64,000 bases of DNA from Phaeosaccion multiseriatum (GCA_965112735.1 OZ218953.1:1922001-1986000); one strand, 5' to 3'; counted from the first letter of the stretch, positions 1 to 13,391 are shown. Numbers and translations: made by a program. Notes: generated from the letters alone by a model not told the origin.

Positions 1-52
1 CATCCTCCTCTCCCCCCCCCCCTCCTCCTCCTCCTCCTCCTCCTCCTCCTCC

Positions 53-94
<42 letters not shown>

Positions 95-3000
95 CTACCA
101 TAAGCGGTGGCATCGAGGTCATCCTGCTCTGCAAACCCCGACCCCCACGGACCTCTGCCCCTGCTGTTCGGAAGAGAAGGGCATACACAGACACAGTAGA
201 TTGCACAAGACCGTAAAGGGTACGACAACACAAAGCAAGACGAAAGAAACATTCAATCATGGGTGTGTGCCTCCCCCTCTCCTCCTCCTCCTCCTCCTCC
301 TCCTCCTCCTCCTCCTCTTGTTCTCACCGCTTGTGTGTCTTGTCCGAGGGAATGACGAGGTAGGCGTACTCCTGAAGCTGCACAAGGAGGCCCCGCTGGA
401 GCAGCCATACGAGCATGTGGATCAGGGCAAGGTGGTTGCTCTGTTGGCGGGTGTAAGGGGGGGGGGGGGGGGGTAAGCGCACAAGTAGAGAGAGAGAGAA
501 GACAGAGAGAGAGCGGGGCGAGAGAAGAGAGAGCGGGGTGGAGAGAGAAGAGAAAGAGAGAGAGACGGTGAGATAAGAAGGGCAGGGAGGAGGCGGGTGT
601 GGTGGTGCGAGGAGAGAGTAGACAGACGTAACCCCTGACATCTGACATGCCCCTCTCCCGACTCGCTTGAGACACTGTAGTGCAGCCTTCCTTCCAGCGT
701 AGCGCAGTGCCCTCCATCCTCCCTCCTACTTGTGCGCTGCTGCTCCCCTCCCCTCCCCTTACCCCCTCCCCTCTATTTTCCCTCCTCTTCCCTTCCCTCC
801 CCTTCCCTCCCCTCCCCTCTATTTTCCCTCCTCTTCCCTTCCCTCCCCTCCCCTCACCCCCTCCTCTCCCCTCCCCTCCCCTCCCCTCACCCCCTCCCCT
901 CCCCTCCTCTTCCCTTCCCTCCCCCTCCCCCCCACGCACCTTTCTCATACCGTCCATGATATCTCTCAAGGGCTGCCCTGACCCAAACAAGGACAAGATG
1001 TCTTGCAAGCCGTAACCCCATCTCGGAAACTTGCTCCCAAAGTCCATGGACAGGGTACTTCCTAGCGAAAGGTCCACCGTGGGCGCGGGCGTGACGGCAT
1101 ACACGTTGCTCGTGGCGATGGTGTCGATGGCTCGGCCGTGACCCCAATAAATGATATGTTGGGCCAAACGAAACACCTTTGAGGTAGCGGGGTAGTGGGG
1201 TTCACAGGTGGGGTAGAGGCACGGAGGTTTCCGAGGAGGAAAACCGTGAAGTCAAGGCAAGACCAGTCAAGTCAAGTCAAGTCAAAGAGAAGAAGCGTTA
1301 AAGCATGACAGGAGAGGGCGGAATGAGATTTGATCAATCAAGGAGGGAGAGGAGATGATATCAACCAATCAATGGAAGGAGAGGAGACCGCCTGAGCCCC
1401 GGCCCTCGTGGAACCAACCTTATGCAGCGGGACCTCCATCTCTACGGCAAGCTCTTGCAGAGAGCTGAGAGGAGTGGCCGCTCGGATGAGCTTCTTAATG
1501 TAGGGAGAACTGTCTAAGGGCAGCCGCGACAGCACCTACCATGCAATCATTCACGACAACCACAGGTCATATTCACAGCCACAGCCAAAGCCGTTTGTCA
1601 TACAGGCACATTGGGGGTGCGAGAATACCTTAGTTAGACGCGCCTTGCAGGGAAAAGCAGCACCCGGAGGAGGAGGAGGAGTAGTAGTAGTAGTAGTAGG
1701 AGGAGGAGGAGGAGCAGGAGGAGGAGGAGGAGGAGCAGGAGAAGGAGGGGGAAGGGGAGGAGGAGGAGGAGGAGGGGTCGACAAACTGAAACTGACCTCC
1801 TCTTCGTCTTCGAGCAGCAGCAGGGTTTGGTACGGCTGTAGGCAGACAGCAAGTGGACTGCCCTGCCCAGCCCCTCCCACCCTCCCGTTGGCGGCCCCGT
1901 CAGAAAAGCGCTCTCTCCCTTGTATGCGAAAAGAGAAGCTCAACCATCTGTGAGTAGAGAGAGAGAGAGGGAGCGAGCAAGCGAGCGAGCAAGCAACCAC
2001 CCATCCACCCGGCGGAGGAAAGGAGAGAAAGAAAGAAGCGTGTCAGCGTGTTCGCCTGTACAGAAAGAAGGGAGAAGCGTGTAAGCGTGTTCACCTACCT
2101 ACCTACGTACCTGTTGATCATGATGTGCTCTCCCACTCCTCCCTTGAGCAAGTCGAACACATGCCGCAGATCCCTGCACAGCTGGCTGCTCTCCAGCATC
2201 AAGGACACCAAAAAAGGGTCGTCACACTCGTCGTCGTTGTCTTCCTCCTCCTCTCCTCCTCCTCCTCCTCCTCCTCCTCCTCCTCCTTGTCCTCTTCCTC
2301 CTTGTCCTCCTCCTTCTCCTCCTCCTCCTCCTCCTCCTCCTCCTCCTCCTCCTCCTTCCCCCCCTACTTCTCCTCCTCCTCCTTCGTCTTCTTCTCTTCC
2401 TCCTCCTCCTCCTCCTCCTCCTGCTCCTCCTCCTCCGCCCCCGCCCCCACCTTGGGCATGTGTACCACCAGAAGTGTTTCCCCCTCCCCCTCCTCCTCTC
2501 CCGCTCCCTCCTTCTCCTCCTCCTGCTACTCCTCCCCCGCCACCACCACCACCGCCCCCTCCTGCTGCCACTCCATCTCCCCTATTTGGAACTCCTCCTT
2601 CTCGGTTGCCCCCTCCCTCTCCCCCTCCAGCCCCTCCTTCCCCCCCCGGTCCGCTGTCCAAGCGTATATCGCACATATAATAGGGGGGGAAAGGGTAACC
2701 AAAAAAGAGTTTTAAGTCTGTCAGCAAAGAATGTTTGATCAGAGTGGAGGAGCGGCTCACTTCGGGGAATCATTTACCCGCTCCTATCGATGAGCCACAT
2801 CCCCCCCGAACGATCCCAATTCCGTTACGATGGGGAGGGGGGGGGGGGAGGTGAGAAAGGATGGAAGCAGCTCACTTGGACAGAACACTTCAGAAGACGT
2901 TCTTCATCATCCATCCCTTCTCCTCTGCCGCACCTCCAGCCTACCTGTTCGCACCGCTCGCGTCTGCCGTATGTAGCTTGCCTCCTCCTGCTTCTCCTCC

Positions 3001-3134
3001 TCCTTCTCCTCCTCCTCCTCCTCCTCCTCCTCCTCCTCCTCCCTCTCCTTCCCCTCCTCCCCCCGCTTCTCCTCCTCCTCCTCCTCCTCCTCCTCCTCCT
3101 CCTCCTCCTCCTCCTCCTCCTCCTCCTCCTCCTC

Positions 3135-3166
<32 letters not shown>

Positions 3167-4469
3167 TCTCCTCCTTCTCCTCCTCCCTCCGCCCCCCCCC
3201 CCGCCTCCTCCCCCGCCCCCCCCTCCTCCCTCTACCGCGCCTCCCTCCGACTTCCAGCTCGGGCCCTCTTCTCCGCTCCCCCCCGCAGTGCCTTCTGAGC
3301 CACCCCCCCCCCCTCCTTTTCTCCGCCGCATTTGCCTGGCCCGCTGCCGTGTAACCATCATAATCTTGGACTGTCTGCTTACATACCGACAACGCTTCTC
3401 CTCGTGCAGTAAGGCAGAAGCTAGGTTGGCCGCCAACGGCTCGATATACAAGCTGACTTGAGAGTCAGTCATACCATCGCTGCTGGAAACGTCTTGTCCC
3501 TGCCTCTCCTGCCCCCCCCCTCGCCCCCGCTGCTGCTGCTGCTGCTGCTGTTGTCTTAGATTGTGCTCTTCCTCGTTTGGCACAAGAGCTAGGGCGAACA
3601 CTACATTGAAAAAAACCAGATTACTGGCTTCCAGACCATGCCTTGTGCTATCCATTTTGATCTGGAATGGATCGGGCGGACCAGTGCCGAAAGAAAAAAG
3701 AAAAAGCGCGGCGCGAGGGAGCGGGAGAGAGAGAGGGGGGGACGGGGGGGGTAGGCGGCGAGAGAGAAAGGAAGAGTGAGAATGAGGGAGGAATGGGGAA
3801 GTTGGGGGCAGGAAGGTGGAGAAAGGGAGACAGTAATAAGCGGCTGTCGGGGTGGGTGGTGACGAGGAGGGTCGCAGACCGCCCATGGGGGAGAGGGTCA
3901 GGCCTGAAGGGCACAATATCAACCCTTGTAGCTCTCACTCACCTCCATGGGATGGCTGATGTACCTGATGCTGTCAATGACAATGTCGAAAGGCTGTCCA
4001 CAAAGCACTGACTTGGGTCGGAACAACTTGGTGAACGTTTCCGACTCGGAGCTGATGTATATAAAACGAATAGGGAAGGGAGCAAGAGGGGGGGAGGAAG
4101 ACGAGAAATGAGACAGGCCATCTCTCGGGGCTCGGGTCTAGCGCTCCCTGCCATTATATAGCTGCAGGTGGTACTGCGCACAAATGGAGGTTTGTTTGCT
4201 GGTGCGGTTCGGTGCTCTCTCTCCTTTCCTCACCTCATTCCGAGGCCATCGCGATCCCTGCCCCCCCCAGCCGCCCCCATTCCATCTCTGGAGCTCGACG
4301 ATGACGAAACACCCCCCCCTCCCCCGCCCTGTCCTCCCGCTGCCCGGGACAAGTCCCCTTCTGGACAGAGGCTATCTGGTGTCCCAGTGTAGTGAAAGAG
4401 TTTGCACAGACCTTGGCTGATGTCATCGACGACCAGAAAGAGACTCACAGCCTGCCTCCGCTCCCTCAT
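1..4469 (-). CDS. NPRL3: GATOR1 complex subunit NPRL3/Npr3-like; multi-exon, 3' end beyond the left edge
   Basis: Predicted GT-AG exons: 4469-4234, 4051-3943, 3661-2945, 2653-2111, 1947-1797, 1535-1419, 1176-940, 440-328, 163-<1. NPRL3-type motifs: LFLVVDDISQGLCKLFHY, FRPKSVLCGQPFDIVIDSIRYISHP, FNVVFAL, ALLHEEKRCRYVSRQ, PYQTLLLLED, LAQHIIYWGHGRAI, MLVWLLQRGLLVQL. Needs a 1-nt correction in the C11 run at 3192-3202. Confidence 0.9.
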
Positions 4470-4571
4470 CCCCACAGGGCACTGGCAAAGGATATCAAGG
4501 ATTTGGGGAACCTTGCGTCCTCCTCATCCAGAGTCACAAATAGCGCAGCACACGAGGGAAAGTACATGTAA

Positions 4572-5701
4572 ATGGAGAAATTCAGCAAGTGGGCGGACAA
4601 GGGGAGCGGAGTGACTCCCTTTGTACCTCGCTCGCCGGCTCTTCCTCGCTCCACCCCTCTCCGAGTCGCTCGCCTGCTTCTGGGCGGGGTCCTGAGCGCC
4701 TTGCGCCTCCCCGCCGTCTTCCTCCTTTTCTTCCTGGCCATCTGCCCCACCGCCTTGCCTTTGGCAGCAGGGGCTTTGCTCTACTTCACCTCCACTGCCT
4801 CCAGCCACGACAAGAATGTGACGGCGGGAGTGGTAGTGGGGGGGATAGAGGTGTTGAGGCTGGTGTTCCCGAGAGAGATTTCCAGCCTGCTCCACAAGTT
4901 GACGGCCATTCGTTTCCGCCTCTTGTTCCTCCTTCTCGGGGTGAGCGTGGTGGAGCAGTCGGCCGACCTTCGTCGCCTGGGCCTCCAGCAACAGAAGGAA
5001 GGAAGCAGTAGCAGGAGCAGCAGCAGCAAAGTGGTGGGTGCTGGTGACATCATCCTCTCCAATCACACCTCCTTTGTGGAGGTCCTTTTCTTGGCGTGGC
5101 GGTACAATGCAGTGTTCACTGCCATTGCCGGTGGTGCCGGTAGTAGGCGAAGCGGGCCCAGCGATGCTGCCGAATCGTCTGCAGTGATTGCTCCCATATC
5201 TCTGATGCAGGCGCTTCAGAGAGCCGTGGGCGTTCCTTCGGTGTCCGTGCCCGAAGCTCAGGTATGTATGTTTGCAGCGGCTAGTCAACTTTAAACCCCC
5301 ACTCTCTCTCTCTCTCTCCTTTCTCTCTCTGGCGATGTATCACCAACCTACGCGCGTGGTCGTGAGCAAGAGGTGGGCTCGCCGGCCTCAACGGCTGCTA
5401 ACCCTGTTGCCACTACGCACCTCACTCTCTTCTATTCGAACTCATGTCATTTAGAACACGGGCTCACTTTGTTGTGCTTCCTCCTGAATGGAAATGAAAT
5501 GCCTGCTTGTGCCCCCCTGCCGTGTCCTGTTGCCCCCTCCTCTCTATACTTGGGCCCAGGCCTCCTCCCTCTCCGATATTATCTCCTACGCTGTACGGCA
5601 AGGCCGACCGGTGGTGCTGTTCCCTGAGGTAGTGCGCAGCAATGGCGACGGCGTGCTGGAGTGGACCAACGCTGCACGGGTATTCGCACAGACCAAAAAG
5701 T

Positions 5702-5736
<35 letters not shown>

Positions 5737-6208
5737 TGAGTGTGTGTTGCGTGTGTGTGTAAGTGAATGTGTGCTCCGGCATGTGTGTGTGCGTGTGCGT
5801 GTGCGTGTGTGTGTACGTGTTTGTGTGTTGCGTGTGTATATACGTGTGTATGGGGTGTATGCGTGTGTGTGTCGCGCAGGGAGAAGAGCACGAATAAGTG
5901 AGACGTGTAGAATCATCCCCCCCCCCCCCTCTCTCTCTCTCTCTTGCGTTCTAACCAACCCCAGTAGCAGCAGCAGCAGCAGCAGCAGCAGCGGCGGCAA
6001 GAAGCTCCCAGACAGGACGGTGAGGCAGGCTCACGTCGTGGCATTCAGCTACCGCCCTTCAGCAGGAGGAGTGTCTCCCGTCAGCCCCGTCCGTCCCTTC
6101 CTCCACACGCTGTTTTGGCTCACCTTCTCATTGTCACGGACCACCGCCAGCGTCACCTTGCTCCACAAGGATGATGCTCCAACCAGAGACATATCCTCAA
6201 CAGGAAGA

Positions 6209-6267
<59 letters not shown>

Positions 6268-6481
6268 TAGTAACCGCAGCACCGGCAGTAGTGCTACCGG
6301 CGACAAGGCCACGGCCGCTTGGCTGGCAAAGCTGCGCACCCTCACCGCCACCATGCTGGGCCGCCAGACGCTCGCGCTGGGCTACCCCGACTACGTGTCC
6401 TTCGAGCGTTACTGGAGACTCGTGCAGAGCGGCGATAAGAAGGGAGCGGCAGCTCTCGCCGATCAGCGGGCCAAGTCATGA
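4572..6481 (+). CDS. Lysophospholipid acyltransferase (PlsC fold), LOA1/VPS66-like
   Basis: Exons 4572-5261, 5560-5699, 5965-6481 join in phase. The N-terminus MEKFSKWADKGSGVTPFVP resembles the LOA1/VPS66 start. A hydrophobic segment follows, then motif I IILSNHTSFVE and motif III VVLFPEVVRSNGDGVL. Confidence 0.8.
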
Positions 6482-6614
6482 CATGACATGATGAAAGTGC
6501 ATTGTTTTTTTTTATTCCTTCTTGCTTCTCCTAATCCTAATCATTGTAAGACCTGTCTGTTCCGCGGCTTCTCTTCTTACTCCATACTTTTTCCTTCTCT
6601 TTACGCGGCCCCAA

Positions 6615-6629
6615 CATACTACTATACTA

Positions 6630-6689
<60 letters not shown>

Positions 6690-6772
6690 TACTACTTCTC
6701 TACTACTACTACGACTACGACTACTACTTCTGCTACTTACTACTACTACTACTACTACTGCTACTCTTCTAA
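6615..6772. repeat. Imperfect (TAC)n microsatellite between convergent gene ends
   Basis: About 150 bp of TAC/CTA repeats, seen directly. Confidence 0.9.
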
Positions 6773-6781
6773 TAACATGTC

Positions 6782-7342
6782 CTACCCTCCGCCTTTTGCA
6801 AAAGCCCCGCCCCTACTTTGACTGCCAAGCTCATCCAAGCTCACCCCTCCCACAAAGGGTTCGGCATCCATGCCAGGCCCCGGAGCTCTCACGCCGTCGC
6901 AGCTGCCCTCTGCCCCCAAGGAAGAGGAGGAGGCTTTCGACGTGCTCACAACCGCTGTTGCCACCGCCGAGGCAACCGTAGCCACTGCTGACGCCACTAC
7001 CTCTGTCACCGCGGTTGCTGCTGCCTGCTGTCCTTGTTCCGACCTTGCCTCCTGCAGTCCCGCACCCCCCCCCCGCACATGATCAACAGCTTGTTGCCCC
7101 CCCTCGCACTCCTCCTCGCACTCGTCTCGCTCCTCCTCTTCAGCCCCCGTTCTCCACTGGGGCACCACCACCCGGAGAGTAGCCCCAGCAGGCCCTTCTC
7201 CGTTGCCTCCCTCCTCACGTCCGGCGTCGAAGTCTAGCACCAGGTATTCACACAACTCAAGCGGAGAGGAGCGCAGCCGCTCCATCCCCCTTAGGCTGCC
7301 ATCTCCGCCGCCCCCCTCCCCCCCCCGAGCCCCGTCCTCCTC

Positions 7343-7373
<31 letters not shown>

Positions 7374-7697
7374 ATTCCTCCTACCTGCGACACCGGTCCC
7401 AGTTCAAGCTTGGTGTACACAGCGGGCGGCACAATCAGAGCTGGTAAGGCTCGCCCCGTCGTCACCACCTCTCCGTCAATCACCAATGCCGAGTCGGAAG
7501 CCCTCGTCGTCACCCTCACCAACACGTGTTCCCATCCCGATCCGTCCGCCAGCCTCACCCTCGTCGCGGCCTTGTTGGCGTTCGCTGCCGCCGATTGGGG
7601 CCGCTGAGGAGGGAGCGCTGAGCCTAGCGCGGATTCAATGTCGGAAGGAGGAGGAGCAGACATGTAGGAGGGTGCAAACGATGCTGCTGTATCACCA

Positions 7698-7735
<38 letters not shown>

Positions 7736-10700
7736 GGTCAGCACCCCAGCCTCCGCTCCGTCTTGTAGGGCCGCGGAGATCCCTGCTTGCGCTGCCTCCA
7801 TTGCCGCTGCCACCGCCGCCACCGCCTGTGCTACAGCCCCTTCTGCTGTATCACCAACTGCTGCTGCTTCTGCTGCTGCTTCTGCTGCTTCTGCCGCTGC
7901 TTTCCTCTTCGCAGCGGCGACAGCTGCAGGGTGAAGCTGCACCTCTTGCTCTTGATCTTCTTCTGCCGCGGGGTCGAGTGCCTCGGTCAACTTCACCACC
8001 AACGTCAGTGACGGCTGCTGCTGCCTCTTCTTCCCACTGTCCCCTCCTCCTCGTCCATCTGCTGAGTCTCCCCCGGGGAGCACGCCTCCTCTCACGGCCC
8101 CTGTTACTCGGAGCACCTCTCCGGCCGCCGTTACGCCGCCCCTCACCACCACCTCCATCCTGTCCCTGGTGAGGGTCTGCACGTCCAACGCACTGACTCT
8201 CAGCCTCCCACTGCTGCTGCTGCCGCTGCTATTGATGGTCTTTGCAAGGCCCTGCTGTCCTTGGGCCGGCACAGTCACACTCCCCAGTACTCCTGGACTC
8301 ACTACTCCCCTCGCGGCGACTGTTCTGGGTTCCTCCTCCTCCTCCTCCTCCTCCTCCTCCTCCTCCTCCTCCTCCTCTACGGACCCGCCCCCCCCCCCTC
8401 CTTCTACTGCTACTGGTACAATCGCCGCCGCTATTGAGCGAGAGATGGCGGAAATGGCATCGCCTTTCTCGCATTGTTGCATGGTCACGGGATCCCACGC
8501 CGTAAAGTCCAGCACGGCGGAGGAGGAGATCGAATCACCACCACCATCATCATCATCATCATCACCATCATCACCATCATCACCATCATCACCACCATAC
8601 CCTTGTCCTTGTGGTGCTAGTGTTGGTGCTGGCCCTGTTGCTGCCACAGACAAAAGCACCACCTCGCCGTTGACCCTCACCACCTGGCGCACTACTGCCC
8701 CCTCGCCTCCTCCTGCCCCCCGTTGTTCCGCAGTCCGGTTCGTCCTGTTGAGTTGCTTCTTCTTCTCCTTCTCCTTCTCCTTCTCCTTCTCCTCCTCCTC
8801 CTCCTCCTCCTCCTCCTTCTTCTTTTTGTCGCGTCTCTTGGACGCGAGCACAGCACGAGCTGACTTCTGTCTCGACAGACACTGCAGTTTCACCGCCGCG
8901 CTCCTGTCCCTCCTCTTGGCCGAGACAGTCACGCGAGCCTTGTGACTCCTCTCCGTACACTGAATCTTGATCGCCGCCTCGTTCCGAGCAAAGCGTATCC
9001 GAGCAGCTCTCTCCTCTCGCATTCGCTTCACTCGCCTTGTAGCCTGGCGCTGTCTCTCCGCCTTCTGGATGCGAGTCGATGCCACTCTTTCCTTCTTCAT
9101 TTGTTGAAGCTTTTGGTGCGCGACGGCGCGACGATGTTGAGCTTGAATGGTGATGGCGCTCTTGCGCTTCCGAGTGAACACCTTCCCCCCGGGTGGACAG
9201 GGTGGGGGTGGACAGGGTGGGGGTGCGCGTACGTAGGTGGTATTGTTAGTGTATGAGCGTGCAAGTCGACGGAGGCGGCTAGTTGTGTCAGGCGAATCAC
9301 ACGCACACACGCGGACACACACTTACACTTACACACACACACACACACACGCGCACACTCCACGCATACACACACACACACAAACACACACCCGTCGAGT
9401 CTGCCTCATTCGCTCGGCCGCCTGAATCTTCAACACCGCTTCCCCCTCGCGTTGGCGCTTGAGCTGCGCCCGCGTCCTTCCCTGCCTTCCGCGGGCATGC
9501 TTCTGAATCAAAGTCGAAGCGAGCCGCTCACGCCGTTTCCTGGCCACCTCCTTTCGCGCTAGGTGCTGACGATACGCACACTGGATGGTGATGGCGGCAG
9601 CCACTTGCACTCTCCTGACCTGCGCTCTCCGCCGGGCGCCTCGCTGCCGCTGCTTGCTCTGAATCACTACCGCTGCGTGAACGTCCCTCCTCCGCCTCCC
9701 CACCTCTCTCGTCGCGCTCCGCTGTCTGTAGAGGCATTGAATACTTATGGCTGCGTCTCGTTGGCGCCGCTTGTCCATCGCTATCGCCAGCGCTCCCCGC
9801 CTGTGTGTGCGTGGGTGCGTGCGTGTGTGCGTGCGTGGGTGCGTGCGTGCAGCGTCGGTATCTCGTAATGTGAGCCGAGGAAGAGCATGCAAATAACACA
9901 GGATCCGACAAGCCCCCCCCCATACGAAGACTACCGAGAGTAGACAGCAGACTCGACAAGAGGACTGGTCACTCCCCCATGCCCCCCTTCACCCCGCCCT
10001 TCTCCTCCTCCTCCTCCTCCTCCTCCTCTTCCTCCTCCTCCTCCTCCTCCTCCTCCTCCTCCTCCTCCTCCTCCTCCTCCTCCTCCTCCTCCTCCTCCTC
10101 CTCCTCCTCCTCCTCCTCCTCCTCCTCTTCTCTCCTCCTCCCTCTCCTCCTCACTCACCTCCTCACAAGGGTCTGAATAAGTGTCGCACTCCGCCGCCGC
10201 AGCTCCAAAAGCGCTCGCACCCGCCTCGCCCTCCAACAGCGACACAGGCACTGTAACATCACCGCTGCCTCCTCCTCCCTCATCCTCCTCCTCCGCTTCA
10301 GTCTCGCATTCCGACCCCGAACCATACACTGGATGGTGATGGTGGCGTCTCTCCTCGCTCTCCGATGGCGGAGCTCTCGTCGGGCGAGGTACTGACGGGC
10401 GAGGCACTGGAGGATGATGGCAGAGTGGTGGGCAGCGACTCGGCGACTAAACTTGCGGTACGCCACATAGCCTATGGGGTGGAGTGGGAAGGAGGGGAGG
10501 GAGGGGGAGGGGAGGGGAATGAGTACTAGCGGTACCAGTGGGGGGAGTAGCAGCAGCAGCAGTTAGTGATACAGCAGTGGCCACGGTGGCGAATAGGGGG
10601 GCAAGTGGCAATGGGGTTAGGTAGGAAGGTTGAGAACAACGATGACGGGGAGGCAAGGGGAATGAAGGGTTAGTGAGCAAACTGAAACAGGGGCCCTCCG

Positions 10701-13391
10701 GCACCACCACCATCAGCACCACCATCAGCAGCAGCACCACCACCACCACCACCACCACCACATACTGGCTGAAGCACACAACTACGCACGCGCACACACA
10801 CACGCACGCACGTACGCACGCACGCACACACACACACACCCGCGTATATTCATACCCTTACCCCTGATGGTCTTCTGCAGAAGGACGGCTTTGCCCTCCA
10901 GCAGCACGGACACGACATTTGTGATCTCCGTGAGGCGATGCGACTGCAGGTCCTCCATACTCACACTGGCTCGGCGAGGGACCCGAGCGCCGCTACTGAG
11001 CTCCATGTTCATGCTGCCTCTACGAGAGGCGCGAATGCTTCTGCGCTGAGCAGCAGCAGAGGCGCCAGGGCTGAGGAGAGATGAGGCCTTTTGGTTGGCG
11101 AGGGGGGAGGGAGAAGGCAGGGGGGTGGCTGACTCTCCTTCTGCGGCGCCAACCGCCAAAGAGGAGAGAGTGATTTGAAGCACAGGAGGAGGCATCGCCG
11201 CCGCTGCCGCTCCACCACTAGTGCCACTAGTACCAGCAGCCGCCGCTGGAACCCCCTTGTTGCCACTGTTGCTGCCCCTAAGCTTCTCTGTCGACGCGTA
11301 GCTCCAGCTCTGCAGAGGGCTGGTGGGCGCTATACCCTCCCCCCCCCAACCTCTGCTTCTGCATTTGCGCCCCCCCCGGTTTCCGCTTCCACTCCTCCCG
11401 GTAGGGTGATGAAGTATTCCCGCACCAACGCTCCTAGTGCTGCTTCCCGGCGGCTCTATCAACAGATCACCACCACCACCACCACCACCACGACCACCAC
11501 CGGAAGAGCCAACAAGATGGTGGTCTCTGATGACGGAGTGGGGGATGGCGCTCACCCCTCCACCCCTCTTCCTCGCCCTCTCTGCCCGTGCAATCGCCAA
11601 GCGGTACTTGTCCATTGCTCCGACAGCAGCGGCGTCACTCACGCCTCCTCCTGCCGCCGTGCCTCGGAGGTATCCCTTGTTGCGCGTAGTGGCAGTAGCT
11701 ACCCGCCCACTACCCCCCCCAGCATGCCCATCTCCTTCGCCCCCGGCTCCTCCTCCGCCTGCTGCTGCTGCTGCTCCTCCGCCTGCTGCTGCTGCTCCTC
11801 CTCCTCCTCCTCCTCCTCCTCCTGCTGCTGCTCCTCCTCCCTCGATACTCTCCTGGCCGCCGTCTCCTCCTGTCCCCCCTTTGACAAGGCCCGAGGGCTC
11901 GTCTCCCACCGACCTCAGCACTATGACTTCACCAAATGCCTCCACAGACAGCTTCGCTTCCTGCTCCGGCAAGATCCGCACCCCATCCGCGAAAGCAAAT
12001 GTGTAAGCCGGCATGGCGAGACCAAGTTGTAACCGTATCCGCCGCCGGAGACAGCGGAGAGAGTCGTCCGAGCCGAAAATCACCTCTGCGAAGGAGTTGG
12101 GGTACCCGTCGAGCTGCAGCCCAATCACCCCACCCACAGCCGAGGGCACTACATCTGGCGGCAGCGGCTGGAGCACTACTCCCCGAAGGAGGGCGGCACC
12201 ACGTGCGTCACCCGGAGTGGGTCCCGGACTCGTCGAGGTCCCGATGGAGGAGGAGGAGGAGCCCCCCCATGTGTGCGGCAAAGGCGCTGTGCTCGGCCGA
12301 CGCATGCTACCCATTATTGACCTCCTACCGCCGCTTGTACCAGTGCCAGTGGTGGTGATGATGCTGCTCCGGCCTTGCTGCTGCCCCTCTCCTCCTCCTC
12401 CTCTTCCTCCTCTTCCTCCTCTTCCTCCTCCTCCTCCTCCTCCTCCTCCTCCTCCTCCTCCTCCTCCTCCTCCTCCTCCTCCTCCTCCTCCTCCTCCTCC
12501 TCCACTGCTGTGCAAGAGGCGTCTCGACATGGAGAGAGACATACCCGTCAGGTTGTCCCGTATGTCCTGCTGCCCTTTGTACTTCTCTGCTTGGAGGGCC
12601 CGGTCTTTGGAAACCACTGCCCTGTGTTCTGCTGCTGTGCCGGGCGGGTCAGTTTCCACCTGTGATGGGCGGGGGAGGGAACGAGGGAGCGGGGAGGGTC
12701 TTCAGTTGCGCTGTGCATAGAAGAGCGAGGACAAGCGTAAGGAAGGGTATAGTCTTCTCTTGGTATTCACTGATGTACGACGAGCAGAATCCAGTCCTTC
12801 CCGCCCCCCCTCTCCTTCCCTTTGCCCTCCCCATGCTCTGCTTACCATGATATGAAATCTCGGATCCCACGGCTCCCTTTCTAACAGGGACTGCGTTAGG
12901 TGTCTCATAGTGTCCTCCTCTCGCCACCCAGCTGAAAAGCCTTGCGTCCCTGACCTGCCTGCCCTCGACGTTGTCTTGGGGCGCTTGCGAATCACTCTCT
13001 CCAAGTGCTGCCGCTCATTGTCATACACCTCAGTCAGGCTATGTGGGGTACCCCCGGACGAGAAAATCGTTGTTGCAGTTCCTCGATCTCTCCTCCGCAT
13101 CGCAGTGTAGTGTGCCTTGGCCGATCGGGGCTTCCCGTGGTCCTTCGCTGCCCTTACTACGGCCCCTCCTCTTGGAGACTGGTGGACTGCTTGCTGCACT
13201 GTTGCTGCCCCCCCCCCTCCCCCTTCCCTGCTGCTGGCACCTTCTCCGCTGAAAGCGAAGGTCTCTTGGAGGCCTCCTTTGCTCGTCAAAGCCTCTTCTA
13301 CCTCATCGGAGCTGATCATCACCTCGTTGTCGAAGAAGAGGACGTCTGAGGCTCCAAAAGGGTGAACCCCTTGTTCCTGAGTGCACGCCAT
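6782..13391 (-). CDS. Large multi-IQ-motif (calmodulin-binding) protein with a possible ubiquitin-like domain
   Basis: Exons 13391-12846, 12659-10862, 10471-10159, 9800-9392, 9181-6782 are phase-consistent. More than 12 IQ-like repeats (LQKTIRGYVAYRKF, LQCLARQYLARR, IQCMVRGRNAR, IQCAYRQHLARK, IQKHARGRQGR). Start codon uncertain. Confidence 0.75.

Noticed and set aside
6488-6821. Poly-Tyr and poly-Leu ORFs
   Set aside because: They are translations of the (TAC)n tract between two convergent stops.
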